A stretch of DNA of 64,000 bases. It comes from Babesia bigemina (Eukaryota). Each line of letters opens with the position of its first letter. The first letter of the stretch is position 1. The notes under the pieces are model-generated. The model was not told where the DNA came from. It saw nothing but the letters and a program-made list of their open reading frames with translations, and ran no database searches. This document shows positions 13,116 through 25,054 of this stretch, one piece after another. Made by a program: the position numbers and the translations under genes. Where the stretch lies: NCBI RefSeq assembly GCF_000981445.1, contig NC_027217.1, forward strand, positions 1,426,001-1,490,000, read 5' to 3'.

Positions 13116-13402
13116 GCGGCCATAAATTTAACGCACTACAGTTATGTTCTACAAGCATATTATACAGCGCAGTCGGCTGATAGGACTGAGCATTAGTTTA
13201 TGGCAAACCAAAGTCCGAAGCTTTGGTGGCGACTGGATATTTCGCCGCGGCGGATCCGTCGCCGCGGATACCATCGAGCGGAAAAGACCGTAACGCCATC
13301 GGTCGAGCGCGCAAAGTGCGCTCGACTGAATGTGCAGCCGTATTGGCCGTCATCGACGCCCGTGCTGGCGCACAACCTTCGCAAGCTCAATCGCTTTTAG
13401 AC

Positions 13403-13887
13403 ATGGATTCCGCGCTGAACGTGGCAGTAAACGGTTAGTGCATCACACCGTATTAAATTAAGTGCGCGCAGGGAGCAACGAGTACCGGTGGGAGCAGAGC
13501 TTTGACGGAGTCGTTGTCTACGTCGACCTCCCCGCGGGGCTGCGGAAGGCAGATGTGACCGTGAATTTTTCCCCGCGGGAACTATCCATACGCTTAGGAA
13601 AAGATGCGGAACTCAAAGGAAAGCTCTGCAAGAACGTAGATACAACGGAATCCACGTGGCTGATAGGGGATGGGAAGCTGGAGGTGCACCTCACCAAGGC
13701 AATCAAGGGCGAGGTGTGGACCTACATCTTCGAGGGCGACCGTTGCCTCGATGAGCTCAACGCGGAAGGCGACAAGAAACGCCTGCTGCTGGAGCGGTTC
13801 CAAAACGAGCACCCAGGGTTCGACTTTTCAGGCGCCGAATTCAACGGCATGGTGCCAGAGCCGCGCACGTTTATGAAGGATATCTGA
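13403..13887 (+). CDS. NudC/CS (p23-like) domain protein; 2 exons
   Basis: YRWEQSFDGVVVYVDLP, ESTWLIGDGKLEVHLTK and LLLERFQNEHPGFDFSGAEFNG are typical of NudC-family proteins. Short first exon MDSALNVAVN|gttagt. Confidence 0.85.
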
Positions 13888-14077
13888 ATTCGGCAACGGC
13901 ACCCATAGCATTCAGAACCGCGATTTCACACACGACTAATGTCACTCAAGTCGCTTTGCGACAATTAGCGGCCACTTAGCGGCGCACGCTTCGCCAACCT
14001 AGCACCAACAGTCGCATGTAAGTCTGGAATATTACACCGATATTTGCCGTGGGCCGAACTGACGACATAGCGTCCAT

Positions 14078-14843
14078 CTACTTCGACAGTTGTTTCATGA
14101 GCTCCATCCGTTTCTGAAAGAGCGCCTGCAGAAGATGAAGGGTACACACGCCAACCGACCTTCGCCTCGTCGTCCAGCAGCTGCTGGCGCTTGAGCGCCT
14201 CCTGCAGGTGCGAGTTTTGCTGCAGCTGCAGCATCTTGCGGCAGGAGTCGAACGCAGTGAACGACTCCCCGCAACGCTGCGACCGGTCGGCGCTCTTGAG
14301 GCTGAAGTGCTCCTGCAGGCATTGGAAGTACTTGGAGCCTGCACGCAAGTTAATGGCAAAACGCCGTCGCATACCTGGCAGCCTGCAGGCGTTGTCGAGG
14401 TCGCAGGATTGCGTGAAAATGTCCATGTACATGTCGGCCTGCCGCGTTGTTACGTTATGGCACGCAATGGAAACGGCGTGATCCCGGCACGGCGTCACCG
14501 ATGAAAGTGGCGACCTACCTTCATCTCGCGGGCGTTCACAGACAGTGAATCCTCCAGCTCTGGCTGAATCGCCGTCAAAATGCCAACAAGTCACCTTACC
14601 CGTCCGTTCACGATGTCCGACCACATCACCCGGTCAACGACGCCCGCGTTCTTGTTGTTGCAGGCCAGACCGATGAAGTTGTGCTCCTCCAGCAGCTTCT
14701 TTATGGACAGAGCCCTCTGAGCACCGGTGCGGGCGGTCTTAGCGGAAACGTACCTCGGCCTGGACCCTGCGGAAGAGGAACCATTGCTTCAGGCGCGAGT
14801 CAATGGAGGCGATTTCAGAGCGAACGGCGTCGTCACTCGCCAT
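14078..14843 (-). CDS. Apicomplexan mitochondrial ATP synthase accessory subunit with twin CX9C (ATPTG8-like); ~6 exons
   Basis: Spliced product MASDDAVRSEIASIDSRLKQWFLFRR...HNFIGLACNN...RVMWSDIVNGRPELEDSLSVNAREMKADMY...CRLPGSKYFQC...CGESFTAFDSC...ALFQKR. Matches my recollection of Toxoplasma ATPTG8. Confidence 0.75.
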
Positions 14844-15419
14844 TTTATTACTAAGCGGTCGTAAAGCAAGCAGACGGCTGCTAATTCCGCCTGTACGCCT
14901 AGCCAACGCACGTAAACGCGGGCAGCAGACCACACCACACTTCACCACCAATTCGTCGCGGCTACCCCGCAGCCGCTACACACGATATATTACAGTGCGC
15001 AGAAGGCGGATTAAGGAGCTCCGGAGGCTGTAGAAGCCGCAGAACCGACCTTCGTCATCGCGTCGCGACGTGTCTAGAACACGTAGGACATATTGATGTA
15101 AGCCGACACATGTGTACGAGCCACTGGACGGCAATGATAAAAGGGGAGGCATTTGGTTCATAAACGGCTGTGAAGAGCCCCGGCCGTGTCATGGACGGGA
15201 CTGCTGCCGGAGGTCACCAGACGTCCGACAGGCAACACGCATTTGCCATAAGCAGCCACGCGACAGGCGGTTTGAACGGAACTCTTGTGACGCTAGCAGC
15301 GAAAGACGTCGATATATAAGCTCTAGCGTGATCGAAATCGCAAGACAGCACGGAAATGTGACGCTGCGCATGTGCACTTGCGCACAATATACGCTCAGCG
15401 CCAGATAACAGCGACAGTG

Positions 15420-16673
15420 ATGACCATGGCGGCACGCAGGCAGCGCAGCAGAAGCAGGAACAGGTTACGAGTGGAGGGTAGATCGTGCAGCAGCCGATGG
15501 AGGGCCTACCAAAGCAGATCGCGCCGCTCCATGAGGTCGAGGTCGATCTCGAACGACAGGGAACGATGGGTGGAACGCAGCAGCCCGAGAAACTCCGATG
15601 TATCACGAGATCACAGCCGTGAAACCCGAAGGGTGGTCGGCCGAAGCCCGAGCGGAAGCCCAGACAAAAGCGTGCGCACAGGCAAGAGAGGAACCAGGCG
15701 AAGCCGAGACCGCAGTGACAGTCGACTCAGAGACTTTAGGAGAAGGCAAAGGCATAGGAGAAGCAGCAGCGCCAGCAGGAGCGTTAGGCCAAGGCACCTC
15801 AGAAACGCCGAAACGCGCAGAAGGAAAAGGAGCGTCACACGTAGCCCAAGCCTCTATCGACGCGGCTCTACCAGCAGTGACGACAACAGGTCCAAATCGG
15901 TGTATCGAGACGGCAGAGCCGATAGGATACGCGACCGCAGGCGAATTCGAAGCCGGAACAGAGGCAGAAGCCGAAGCGACCCATGCACTCCCGATGCACG
16001 CAGGCATCGCGTATCAAGACGCGCGTATAACAGACGGGACATTCGGCGGCGGGTCTCAAGAAGTAGCTCAATACAAAGCAAAAAGTCGGATGAAGAAAGC
16101 GTGATGGCGTTTGAACGTGTAGTCTTCAGGGAGGGGGCACGCATAGATGAAAAGCATGAGCCCGCAGCCAAGGACGTGGAGGGCTACGATACGATGGCGG
16201 GTGAAAAGGAGGCGAATAACATTCGAGTAGAAGCGGGCGCACGCGCTGATCGGCATCCGCATTGTGGAATTTTGGCGGGGTTCCCACCGCCACGCCCCTA
16301 CCGACAGCGAGAAGATTTCTTCGATGCGAAACACGAAGGCACTGCACCTGTGCTACCTGAGTTGCCGGAGTCTGTCTTGTATGGGGACAGGGTCAGCCGT
16401 TACCATTCTCAGGACCCGCATGAGCAGACACAGCAGGCGTAAGTTTAGTTGCAAGGCGACGCATGGCATGCAGCGACGACGAAGCACGTGACATGTGGCT
16501 CAAATACATGATAGATATGGTGGAGACAAACGCCACTATTATAAAAAATAGACTTGAGGTAGGTATCAACTCGAAACTGTCATAGGGTGCAGTTAAATGA
16601 TCTCAAGGAGGAACGTAACAGTATCACAGCGCCTCAGCAAGAAAACAAAATTAATGCACCTGTGGATGCGTAA
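15420..16673 (+). CDS. Arg/Ser-rich (RS-domain) protein; 3 exons
   Basis: Long RS-dipeptide-rich region. Introns GC|gtaagt...atgcag and GAG|gtaggt...gtgcag give C-terminus DDEARDMWLKYMIDMVETNATIIKNRLELNDLKEE...VDA*. Confidence 0.75.
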
Positions 16674-17014
16674 ACTCGCGTGTTGTAGGGAGGGCACTGA
16701 CGTGGTGGCCATTTTCGCTTAACCGCCCGCACAGACGCAGCGGAGCACTCGACGCCTGGGTAGTGAGAACCTACCACGTGCCTACTACGGCAGTGGTATA
16801 AGCCTCGTAGCACGGGGAGAATACAGAGTTGTCACAGCTGCGATGGAATGGTACCAAACGCATGGAATAAACGACTAATAGGGCCGGCATTGTTCAACAG
16901 AAAAATAAAAATTTGATTAACGCAGTTAGCTTGTAGCTTCTATGATTTTCGCATCCACATGGCGTTGCGATGGAGGTCCCCATATGGATGTACACTGCTT
17001 CGAAATGTTAAAAC

Positions 17015-17662
17015 TCAATCTGACCTGCGCATTAAAAAGCAGCACTGTGTTACCAGCTTGGACTTCGTGCCGACGCTTTCGTTGATGAGCAGCTTCACGA
17101 TGGTCTCGGTTGAACCTATGTAGCGTGCGGGACTGTTAGAGGCGTTTCCAACCGTGGAGATGATGGTGGGGCCGGGCTTCAGCGCAGGCGAAAATATCAG
17201 TGCGCAAAACTCCTCCGCTTCCCAGCGAGGGTGCATGGGCGGCCTGTAGTCGTACGTGAAGCTTACCCGGTTCGCAAATTTGGGGAAGTATGAACCCGCA
17301 TAGCCCACGCCATAAATGTACCCTTTGTTGCTCCGGAAGGTGCCAGAGGCTTCGTTTTGGCCGTATCCGACAAGAACGGCAGTCAGCGACGACAGCCTGC
17401 CGTGCACCACAATCACGGGCGGTGTCTCTGTGAGAATTGCATTCTCCGGTATCGTACACATGTGGCCACCGAACAAGATGCTCATGCGATCTAAACCCGG
17501 AGAAGCACGAATACGCGAATATTTGCCCCTCCAAAACGAGCCGGAATCAGGCTTCGATGGCTGAACTCCCTCGGCCTCCGTTGGAGTTGCATAAGTAAAC
17601 AATGACACTGTTAGAGCACACAGCAGCATTAAATAGTATATGTATTGCCGTGTGAAATCCAT
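17015..17662 (-). CDS. Secreted hypothetical protein, possibly divergent PEBP-like fold
   Basis: ATG 17662 with signal peptide (YIYYLMLLCALTVSLFTYATP). DYRPPMHPRWEAEEFCALIF loosely resembles the PEBP Y-x-P-P..HRY.F motif. Confidence 0.6.
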   Translation of the reverse strand: MDFTRQYIYYLMLLCALTVSLFTYATPTEAEGVQPSKPDSGSFWRGKYSRIRASPGLDRMSILFGGHMCTIPENAILTETPPVIVVHGRLSSLTAVLVGYGQNEASGTFRSNKGYIYGVGYAGSYFPKFANRVSFTYDYRPPMHPRWEAEEFCALIFSPALKPGPTIISTVGNASNSPARYIGSTETIVKLLINESVGTKSKLVTQCCFLMRRSD

Positions 17663-18543
17663 TGTTCCAATATCCCCACGTTTCAAGCAACTTAGGTGCT
17701 AAATGTTGGAAGACAGAAGGCTGAAGTCTTTCGGCGGAATTTAAATGGAAATAATTCCAAGTGCGACTGATCCGTGACGAAGGTCAAGAGTTTGGCAAAA
17801 TCATGATTATCACTGTAAGGGGCTGAAACTTTGCTAACCGACTGGATCTTCTCCCGCACCGGCACGGGCAGCCAGGGAAAAGCTACGTGCCAAAAAAATT
17901 CACGGCTCAACTGTAAGCATTAGTATATGATACTATTAGTATTGCAATCTCAAAAATGTGATTGAATGGAGTGATCACGTTTACCAGCACGAAATCAATC
18001 GCACAGCATTTAACGATAAAATTTTGGTCGGATACTCCGACGTACGACTCATAGGTTCCGAACTGCATTCAGCCTCGATAGCTGCTACCAACGTGGCGTG
18101 GGATACAGTTACGACGCAACGGCTATAAACAGGATGCACATCGTTCTGCAGTGAAGGAGGTGGCAAAAGGTCGGACGGAAAGTTAACCCGTTGCATTCCA
18201 AACGCACAATTATTAGCCGTACAGACTATACATTGACTTTAATAGTCGTTACATGTGCAATTCTTATCGAATCATTCACCTCGCTGACCCCACACATAAT
18301 AACCGGAATCACTGTTCCGCATACGTTCAACCGAATCGCCGTGCGGCAGGTGATTTTGGAACCGATAGGTGTTCCCTTCAAGCTGGACTGCAGAGTCGGC
18401 TTTGGAAAAAGCACAATACCGCCACTCGGACGCTTGACTCACGTTACCAATCCCGGCGACCTTCCTACACAAAATAACCACCTATGGGAGTCTATCGCCG
18501 TGCGATGGTGGCATTTACATTTAAGTGGATCCTAGAGACCTCC

Positions 18544-19272
18544 ATGTCGTCATTTCTAGGAAAGGCAAGGGCGCAACGACATCAGCTGGGCGCGGTGTGT
18601 AGCAATGCCAACCGATATTTTAGCTTCGGAGCGATGGCGACCGAACTTCCGAAGGATTTCAAGCAGCACTTCAGATTTTCAGAGTACAACCATATAGACC
18701 GAATCAGACTGCTCGACGTGACCGGAGGAAAATACGGCCACCTCTTCGGCGACAATCTGATGCAAAACCCGGACTTCCAAATGCACATGTACCTCAACAC
18801 CACTAAGACGCTCGCTAAGGATGCCAATGTCGAACCCAAGGTGACGGAAGTCCGCACGGACGGATTCGACGATGCCATCTGCTTTGGCCAACGCCGTGAC
18901 TACGTCGCGGAATTCGTATACATCATCAACGTCGGCTCACTGTGCTGCGGGCACAAGGGGGTGTGGCACGGAGGAGTCACCAGCGCCCTCTTCGATAACG
19001 CGTTCGGGATTTTGGGGTGTTCGGTGTTGCCGATGGCAGCGACCAAGTACCTCAACATACGCTTCAGGGCGCCGGTCATGGTCGGCGACACCGTCGCGCT
19101 GGTGGTATCATTCGACCCGGAGCAGTTCGGAGGCAAAAAGGTGGACAGGTTCGTCGCACACGGGAAAATGTACAACCAAGACGGCGTGGTGGTTGCGACG
19201 GGCGAGTCTGAACTCGTGGACGTATCGGCGAAGTGGGCGAAGAAACAGGAGAACGCCCAGGAAGTTAAATAG
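18544..19272 (+). CDS. HotDog-fold acyl-CoA thioesterase (PaaI/THEM4-like)
   Basis: GHKGVWHGGVTSALFDNAFG and ATKYLNIRFRAPV motifs; basic N-terminus resembling a mitochondrial presequence. Confidence 0.85.
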   Translation: MSSFLGKARAQRHQLGAVCSNANRYFSFGAMATELPKDFKQHFRFSEYNHIDRIRLLDVTGGKYGHLFGDNLMQNPDFQMHMYLNTTKTLAKDANVEPKVTEVRTDGFDDAICFGQRRDYVAEFVYIINVGSLCCGHKGVWHGGVTSALFDNAFGILGCSVLPMAATKYLNIRFRAPVMVGDTVALVVSFDPEQFGGKKVDRFVAHGKMYNQDGVVVATGESELVDVSAKWAKKQENAQEVK

Positions 19273-20334
19273 ACAGTCGAATGTAACGTGCATCGCTGGC
19301 TACAAAACCGAACGTCAGCTACCAAACCGGTTGGTTGAAGCATTGGCAATTAGACCGGAAAATCGGTTAGACAATACAGATTTGCGTATTTGCCGTGTAG
19401 CCTCGAAACATGAGGCAATGTGTTTGCATTAAATCAAACTCACAATTTGAAACAGATGCATTATTAACGTTTAAGTGTAAATTCAATTAACACTTGGCTG
19501 CACAGCGCCACAACCACAAACCGGTTGCGTTCCACATGTGAAGCTAAGGTAATATTTCGTTAACCAGCAAAAATTAGCCGTACTGAGTCTGAAGATCGTA
19601 TGTGACGCGCTAACTCTGGGTATTCGCTACAACTACGACGCACAACTGCTCCGTAGTGGTCTAGGCGACGACAATTGTGACAACTCCCAATCCCATGGCA
19701 AACGTAAGCATCGAAGTTGGTGGTCGTATCTTGATATTCCAATATGTTCGCTGACACATTCCATAGTAGTTATGCGTGCAGCCTAAAGGTTTGTGTTGAC
19801 GTGGCACTGCATGAAGCACTAAGGGCGTGAAGAGTTGGGGAAGGAGAAATCGCCACTTTATGCAGAAGCGGGCATTCCAGTTGAAGCTGGAGGATTGGCG
19901 GCCGTCAGATGCTTGCAGCTTAGCCATGAATTGTTGCCGTACCGGTCTCATGAAGTAATGTTGGTTATTAGTCGATCTCCAAACTTGTTGTAATTAACGA
20001 CATCGAGTAGGCAGCATTGTAAGTAAAATTTTTCGTATAAGCAAAAAATAAACGAGGAACAATTCAAAATCCGCCTTTAGAAGATTTAATGGTGGGACTT
20101 GAGGTTAGCCACTTTATGCCGCCAATTGCGTGCTCAATAGGGGGAGAATGGTTAATGGGATTTCTTCTGCAAGTGAGGCGCACAAACAACAACCAATCAT
20201 ATAGGTAACCTGCAGTATCTCCCTAAAAAAAGTAGATCTGTGGCGATCCCTTTGCTTTGGTATTGATGGATACCTCAGAAACGTGCATAAGCACTTCTCT
20301 AACGCCTCGTGCAGCCTCGCCATGAAATCAGCGA

Positions 20335-21660
20335 TTAGACCTGTGTGGATTTTTTGGAGGCCATGTCAGATTCCATTTCAAATACTGTGTCAAGTGTAAG
20401 AGCGATCTGCTTTTCCAACTGACTCAAAATGTTCGCAGCCCCCTTTAGCGTAAACTGCAGCGTCTTATATTTGCCGTATAATTCGTTGGCATGCCTCTGC
20501 AAAATTCCTTCCATCGTACAACGCACATTAGAAACTAATAGCTCCAACTCATTCATTTCGGATAACAAAACGGTCAAACTGACAGGCTCCACGGCGGTTG
20601 CGTATTCATCACGTGTTGCTTCCCCCGCAGTCGGAATCTTAACGAAAACACAGGAACCTGGGGGATACACGCCAAACAATGGCTTGTGCGCTGACGTCGT
20701 AGACCCGATTTCGGCGGTAACAGGAGAAGGGTCGGCGGAGGATCCTTGGATGCTGCTCCCATAACCAGAGGGGTGGCCGTCCGGTGGTGACACATACGCA
20801 TCCTCAGCAGTATTTGGCTGAACTATCAAAGGCGCATCTTCAAGTGTGTCCCATCCAGTGGCCTCCAACTCATCAACGATGTCGAAGGTTTCTTCGAGGG
20901 ATGAATCGGCAGCATTGGCACTCGACTCTATAACCGATGCATACTTCGGCTGCCACGATGTACACCGATGAACAACGCCACTTACCTTATCATCGGAACA
21001 CTCCGCCGTAGATCCTACGTCGATGCCACGTGCATGCGATTCGGAGTGCTTCGGTAGGGCGCCACTGGGTGTTGCCTCATCAACGGCGTCGCCCTCAAAA
21101 ACCACGGACGGCTTCGGTATGTGAAGTCGGAGTGGTTTTAAATGGCGTTTACGTGTAATCAACGGAGGCTCGTGCGTATCCGACGACGAATGCATGTCTA
21201 TGTCGTTCTGACGGGTTGATGACAACGGTACAGTAACGACCGGCTCGACCACTAACGCATCGCATGGGATACCGACGATGCTTTGGGAGCTAGTGCCGTC
21301 ATCGTCGTCGCTACCAGCTTCCGAAGGCTCAACGCTAGAAGGTGTAGCGTCTTCCTTTGAAAACCAGTAATCCTCTTTGAAGTACAGGTCGCTGTAGTCA
21401 TCGAGATCTTCAACGCTGTCTATGGCGTCGTAGGACGACGAAAATGATGATAAACGCTTATCCTCATTGATTTCGACGTCCAATATTTGCGAAGGCCCGC
21501 TACAGATAAAATCGGCCGCAGCTTGTACAGCATTAGACAGATACGGGCGTTCGGCGGAACCGCCTGGATTGGACCAACCGTCATAGCTGCGATAAAGCAA
21601 GCCAACCGTCACCATGGCAGCAGCAGCAGCCGCTGAAATACAAATACGACCAATATTCAT
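20335..21660 (-). CDS. Hypothetical protein with N-terminal hydrophobic anchor, acidic low-complexity middle and C-terminal coiled coil
   Basis: 441-aa ATG ORF starting MNIGRICISAAAAAAMVTVGLLY; Ser/Asp/Glu-rich. Confidence 0.75.
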   Translation of the reverse strand: MNIGRICISAAAAAAMVTVGLLYRSYDGWSNPGGSAERPYLSNAVQAAADFICSGPSQILDVEINEDKRLSSFSSSYDAIDSVEDLDDYSDLYFKEDYWFSKEDATPSSVEPSEAGSDDDDGTSSQSIVGIPCDALVVEPVVTVPLSSTRQNDIDMHSSSDTHEPPLITRKRHLKPLRLHIPKPSVVFEGDAVDEATPSGALPKHSESHARGIDVGSTAECSDDKVSGVVHRCTSWQPKYASVIESSANAADSSLEETFDIVDELEATGWDTLEDAPLIVQPNTAEDAYVSPPDGHPSGYGSSIQGSSADPSPVTAEIGSTTSAHKPLFGVYPPGSCVFVKIPTAGEATRDEYATAVEPVSLTVLLSEMNELELLVSNVRCTMEGILQRHANELYGKYKTLQFTLKGAANILSQLEKQIALTLDTVFEMESDMASKKSTQV

Positions 21661-21811
21661 CTATATATTGAAGTATAATGTGTTATGTGCAACTGCCGAA
21701 GGACTACATAAACCTATGGGGGCTGCTGCGAGCGAAATCACCCACATTCCTCGCTGAAACAGGCGTAATCGTCGACGAAATTCTCTGCTCGCTCCTAAAG
21801 CGCGTCAAATT

Positions 21812-23362
21812 TTACAAAAAATAACACACCTCCGGAGAACAACCACGACGGCGTTTCCGCAGCTTGGTACCGAAGCTAGTTAGCTCGCTCTCAGGAATAC
21901 GATGGCCGCGCTTCAACGCGTCACCGAACTCGGGGCCAAACTTCCGATGCGACCACAACGGGGTGTATTCAGCCATGAGCCTGGGAAACTTCCGACGATC
22001 ACCACGTAAAACGTAGTCGTGGACCTCATCCTCAACCACCATTTGAGAAAGAGTGTGCACGCTGCCCTCGTAACGCATCTCGGTCATCAGCCGGTGATAC
22101 CCCTCAGCCAACTCCTCAACCGATGTGTACTCCCGAAAGTACTTCGGATCCGGGTAGTAACCCGCAAGACACAAAACAACTGTCTTACCAGGGCCACGAT
22201 AGCGACTGCGACCGCCAGTGACACTTGTCATGTCCGGCACGTAGTTCAGGTAGTAGTCAATCACGTCCGGGTTGTGCGCAGGATCGTCCCTGCAAGCAGT
22301 GAGCACCATCAAATGCAATGGTATCGTCCCCAAAAGGTTGCAGCAAGTGGTGGAGTCACATCGTGGCGCAAGCGTCAATATAGCACCTACCTCTGCTCCT
22401 TCATCAGCCTGCGTGCCAACAATATGGCCGTGTCAACAGCGGTTGTGTAGGCGTTGGAATCATTGTCGATCATGTTGTCGTAACCGAACAGAGCGTTCTG
22501 CGCAGATGTCACCATGAGCGGAACGACGTGTATGTTCCAACAGAAGAAAAGCACGCGAACAAATGAACCACGTAATGAATGTAGTTTGTATAGGAAACAC
22601 AAGATATATCCCAGTTGCCAATTAACCATTGAAAGGTGCAGAACGCCATCACACAAAAATGCAGGTGCAAAAATGAGTAACTTGCTCTTGACGTTTTATA
22701 CGTCATTTGTCCCGTAAAATCAACCATAAACGGTGATAAAGCCTTGCTGAGGCATCCAACGGTGTGGACTCACCTTAATGGCACGAATACGCTCGGCAAC
22801 TTCTTCATCCTGGCTCTCCGCGTACTGAGCATCCAAACGATCCCATTCGGTGAGAAGCCGATTTTGTCGCCTCAGAGCTGTAACCACTCGACAGGTTCAC
22901 AATGCAACCAACCTTCACTGGGAAGCTCAAAAGGGCGGCGCATATAACCACCGAAGTGGCCCGTCGCAGCCAAAACCATGTCAGGGCTGGGCTCTGGAAT
23001 GAAACTGGCGCCATGCTCCACATGAATGGGCATTCGCTCGAAAACGTCGTGACGAGTTAGCCAAGGGTAGCACAGGTCAGTAGGGTTCTCTATGCGGGTT
23101 CGCGACCGAAACGCTGACTCAAGGACCGGAAGATAGCTGTACATAGGACGACTCCACGACCCCCATTGCCGCGCCTCCAAATCCAAATCGGTCTCATCTG
23201 AGCTCACATGTATATCGTGATGGTGTATATGATGACAAGGATGACGGCTATCAACATCAACACGATAAACACGGTGAACACGTAGCCGTGCAACGCGAGG
23301 TTAGCAAACGGATGCGACCCCCAATTACAGCCGTAACGTTCGTCTTCCCTATTGGAATCCAT
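21812..23362 (-). CDS. Single-pass membrane hypothetical protein; 5 exons
   Basis: ATG 23362 MDSNREDERY...GYVFTVFIVLMLIAVILVIIYTITIY. Four GT-AG introns join to IYLPVLES..., EALRRQNRLL...RAIK, NALFGYDN...EQR and DDPAHNPDV...CYFL*. Confidence 0.7.
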
Positions 23363-24199
23363 GTTGCACTAATAATCGCACTTTTTACCAAATCAACCAA
23401 TGTGTATGAGGAAAATTGCCGCTGCTTGTGCTGCTGCAACGCGAAAAACTTACTCAGTGCCACGTCTTGGTTCGCGTCTGGACTGATAGTGAATGACACG
23501 GCGCCCATCATTGTACGTTCGCGCCAGCGAACGCCATGATCTTTGTAATACGGCATCCTCTCTGTACGTTGACGGTCGCAACCGCCCTCCAGACGCAGCC
23601 CCTTCCCGGTATAATTGGCGCTTCCTCCCTCCAAAACGCCTTTACAATATTACAAACTAGCAATATAGCGCACCTGCCGGCTGGTGAGGGTCCATCGAAT
23701 GGTCCAGGTACGCCCATTCATTTTTTAGAAAACGGTAACTTGCACACTGCTCCTTGGAAAAAGAGTCCACAACGGACTGTTCGTACTCCCACTGCCGCGT
23801 TTTAATGAGGAATCTCGCATAAACCTACTGGTGAGGAGTTCAGCGGATCAGTGGCCAATTTATCCAACTGCTGGGCAAGTCGAGAACCCTTCGGCGGCGC
23901 ATTGTATCTACACATGATACAGCATCACGCAAAACACCGCATACCTGCGGAATACGCGCTTGCAACAGCCTAAGCATCCGCCGACATCAACGCCAGACGA
24001 ACGGGCGCGAAGGCCAAAAGCGGAAACCTTCGTCACTATACCAGTGCAGCTTATAATAAAGAAAAAAGGTAGAAGCCAGTGCTTACAAAGGAACAACATT
24101 AAATAAGTGAGTTCACGCCGTCGCTGAAGCACAATGCACGTCCTCGAGACATGCCTAAAGTTCGAGCCATCCGCTACACACTACACAAACATGAGATAC

Positions 24200-25054
24200 T
24201 CACAACATCAGCGAGCTGCCGTACTCGTCGCAGGTGTTGAAGAACTTCACGCTGTCAGTGGAGCTGCAGACGCTGTTGTAGTCAAGCGAAAACGGCAATA
24301 CCCCGACGCCACCGTACTGACGTAAATCAATGGCACGACATTTCTCAGCAACCGTCAAATTTCCATCCTTGTGCAACAACACGGTCACCTTAGGAGGAGG
24401 AGACATATTAGAAGCCTCTAAAAAATACACGACGCCGCGCACTGCCACCGTAAGCTTCAGAAACTTAGTCCAGGCATCGTAAAACGGCTTGCGGTCAGTG
24501 GCATATTGACTCCGCATGGCACTCTGCACGTCCGTGGCGACGACCTCGCAGCCGTCAGAGCGCTCGTAGTGGTATGGTGCGAACTCCGTGGTCGGCTTGA
24601 TGTATGCCAAAACGCCGTCCATCACGCGAAGCGGCTCCTTAGTAAATTTGATTTTAAGGCAACCATTGTTCTCCAAAGAATACACCAAATAGGCGCCACC
24701 ACCAATAGGAACCGCGGACGACGTCACCTTAGGAATCTCGCCTACACACTCAGCCTCGGAGCACGGCGGAACTGCCGCAACGGCGCCGCTTAGGGTGATA
24801 CGGCGATGGCCTGCTTTTAGCTTGCAATCCTTAAGCGGGCGTTTGTTAACCTGAGACAGTGTGCCTCGGCTTGGAGTCTCCTCCTCCACCACGGGGACCA
24901 CCTCAGAAGTCGCATCTTCCACGGGTTCGATGGGGACCTCTTTTACTTCTATATTCTCAGCGGCGGTGGGACGGGTAGTTCTTATCTGAGTATGCTCTTC
25001 GTGGGCGACCGTGCTGTCAGAGCAGCAAGCACAGCACAAGTCGAAAATACCCAT
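24200..25054 (-). CDS. Immune mapped protein (IMP1/IMP2-like), predicted N-acylated
   Basis: MGIFDLCCACC myristoylation/palmitoylation-type N-terminus; GGAYLVYSLENNGCL..GVLAYIKP resembles the IMP domain. Confidence 0.75.
   Translation of the reverse strand: MGIFDLCCACCSDSTVAHEEHTQIRTTRPTAAENIEVKEVPIEPVEDATSEVVPVVEEETPSRGTLSQVNKRPLKDCKLKAGHRRITLSGAVAAVPPCSEAECVGEIPKVTSSAVPIGGGAYLVYSLENNGCLKIKFTKEPLRVMDGVLAYIKPTTEFAPYHYERSDGCEVVATDVQSAMRSQYATDRKPFYDAWTKFLKLTVAVRGVVYFLEASNMSPPPKVTVLLHKDGNLTVAEKCRAIDLRQYGGVGVLPFSLDYNSVCSSTDSVKFFNTCDEYGSSLML

Noticed and set aside
15598..16171. Several overlapping ORFs in alternative frames
   Set aside because: Shadow ORFs of the low-complexity RS-rich coding sequence.
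19560..19951. Minus-strand 96-aa ORF with hydrophobic end
   Set aside because: No motif or coherent gene model.
22872..22874. Apparent in-frame TGA (selenocysteine or pseudogene) ending ORF 22872-23207
   Set aside because: A 35-nt GT-AG intron (gttggttg...ttacag) just upstream changes frame and removes the stop.
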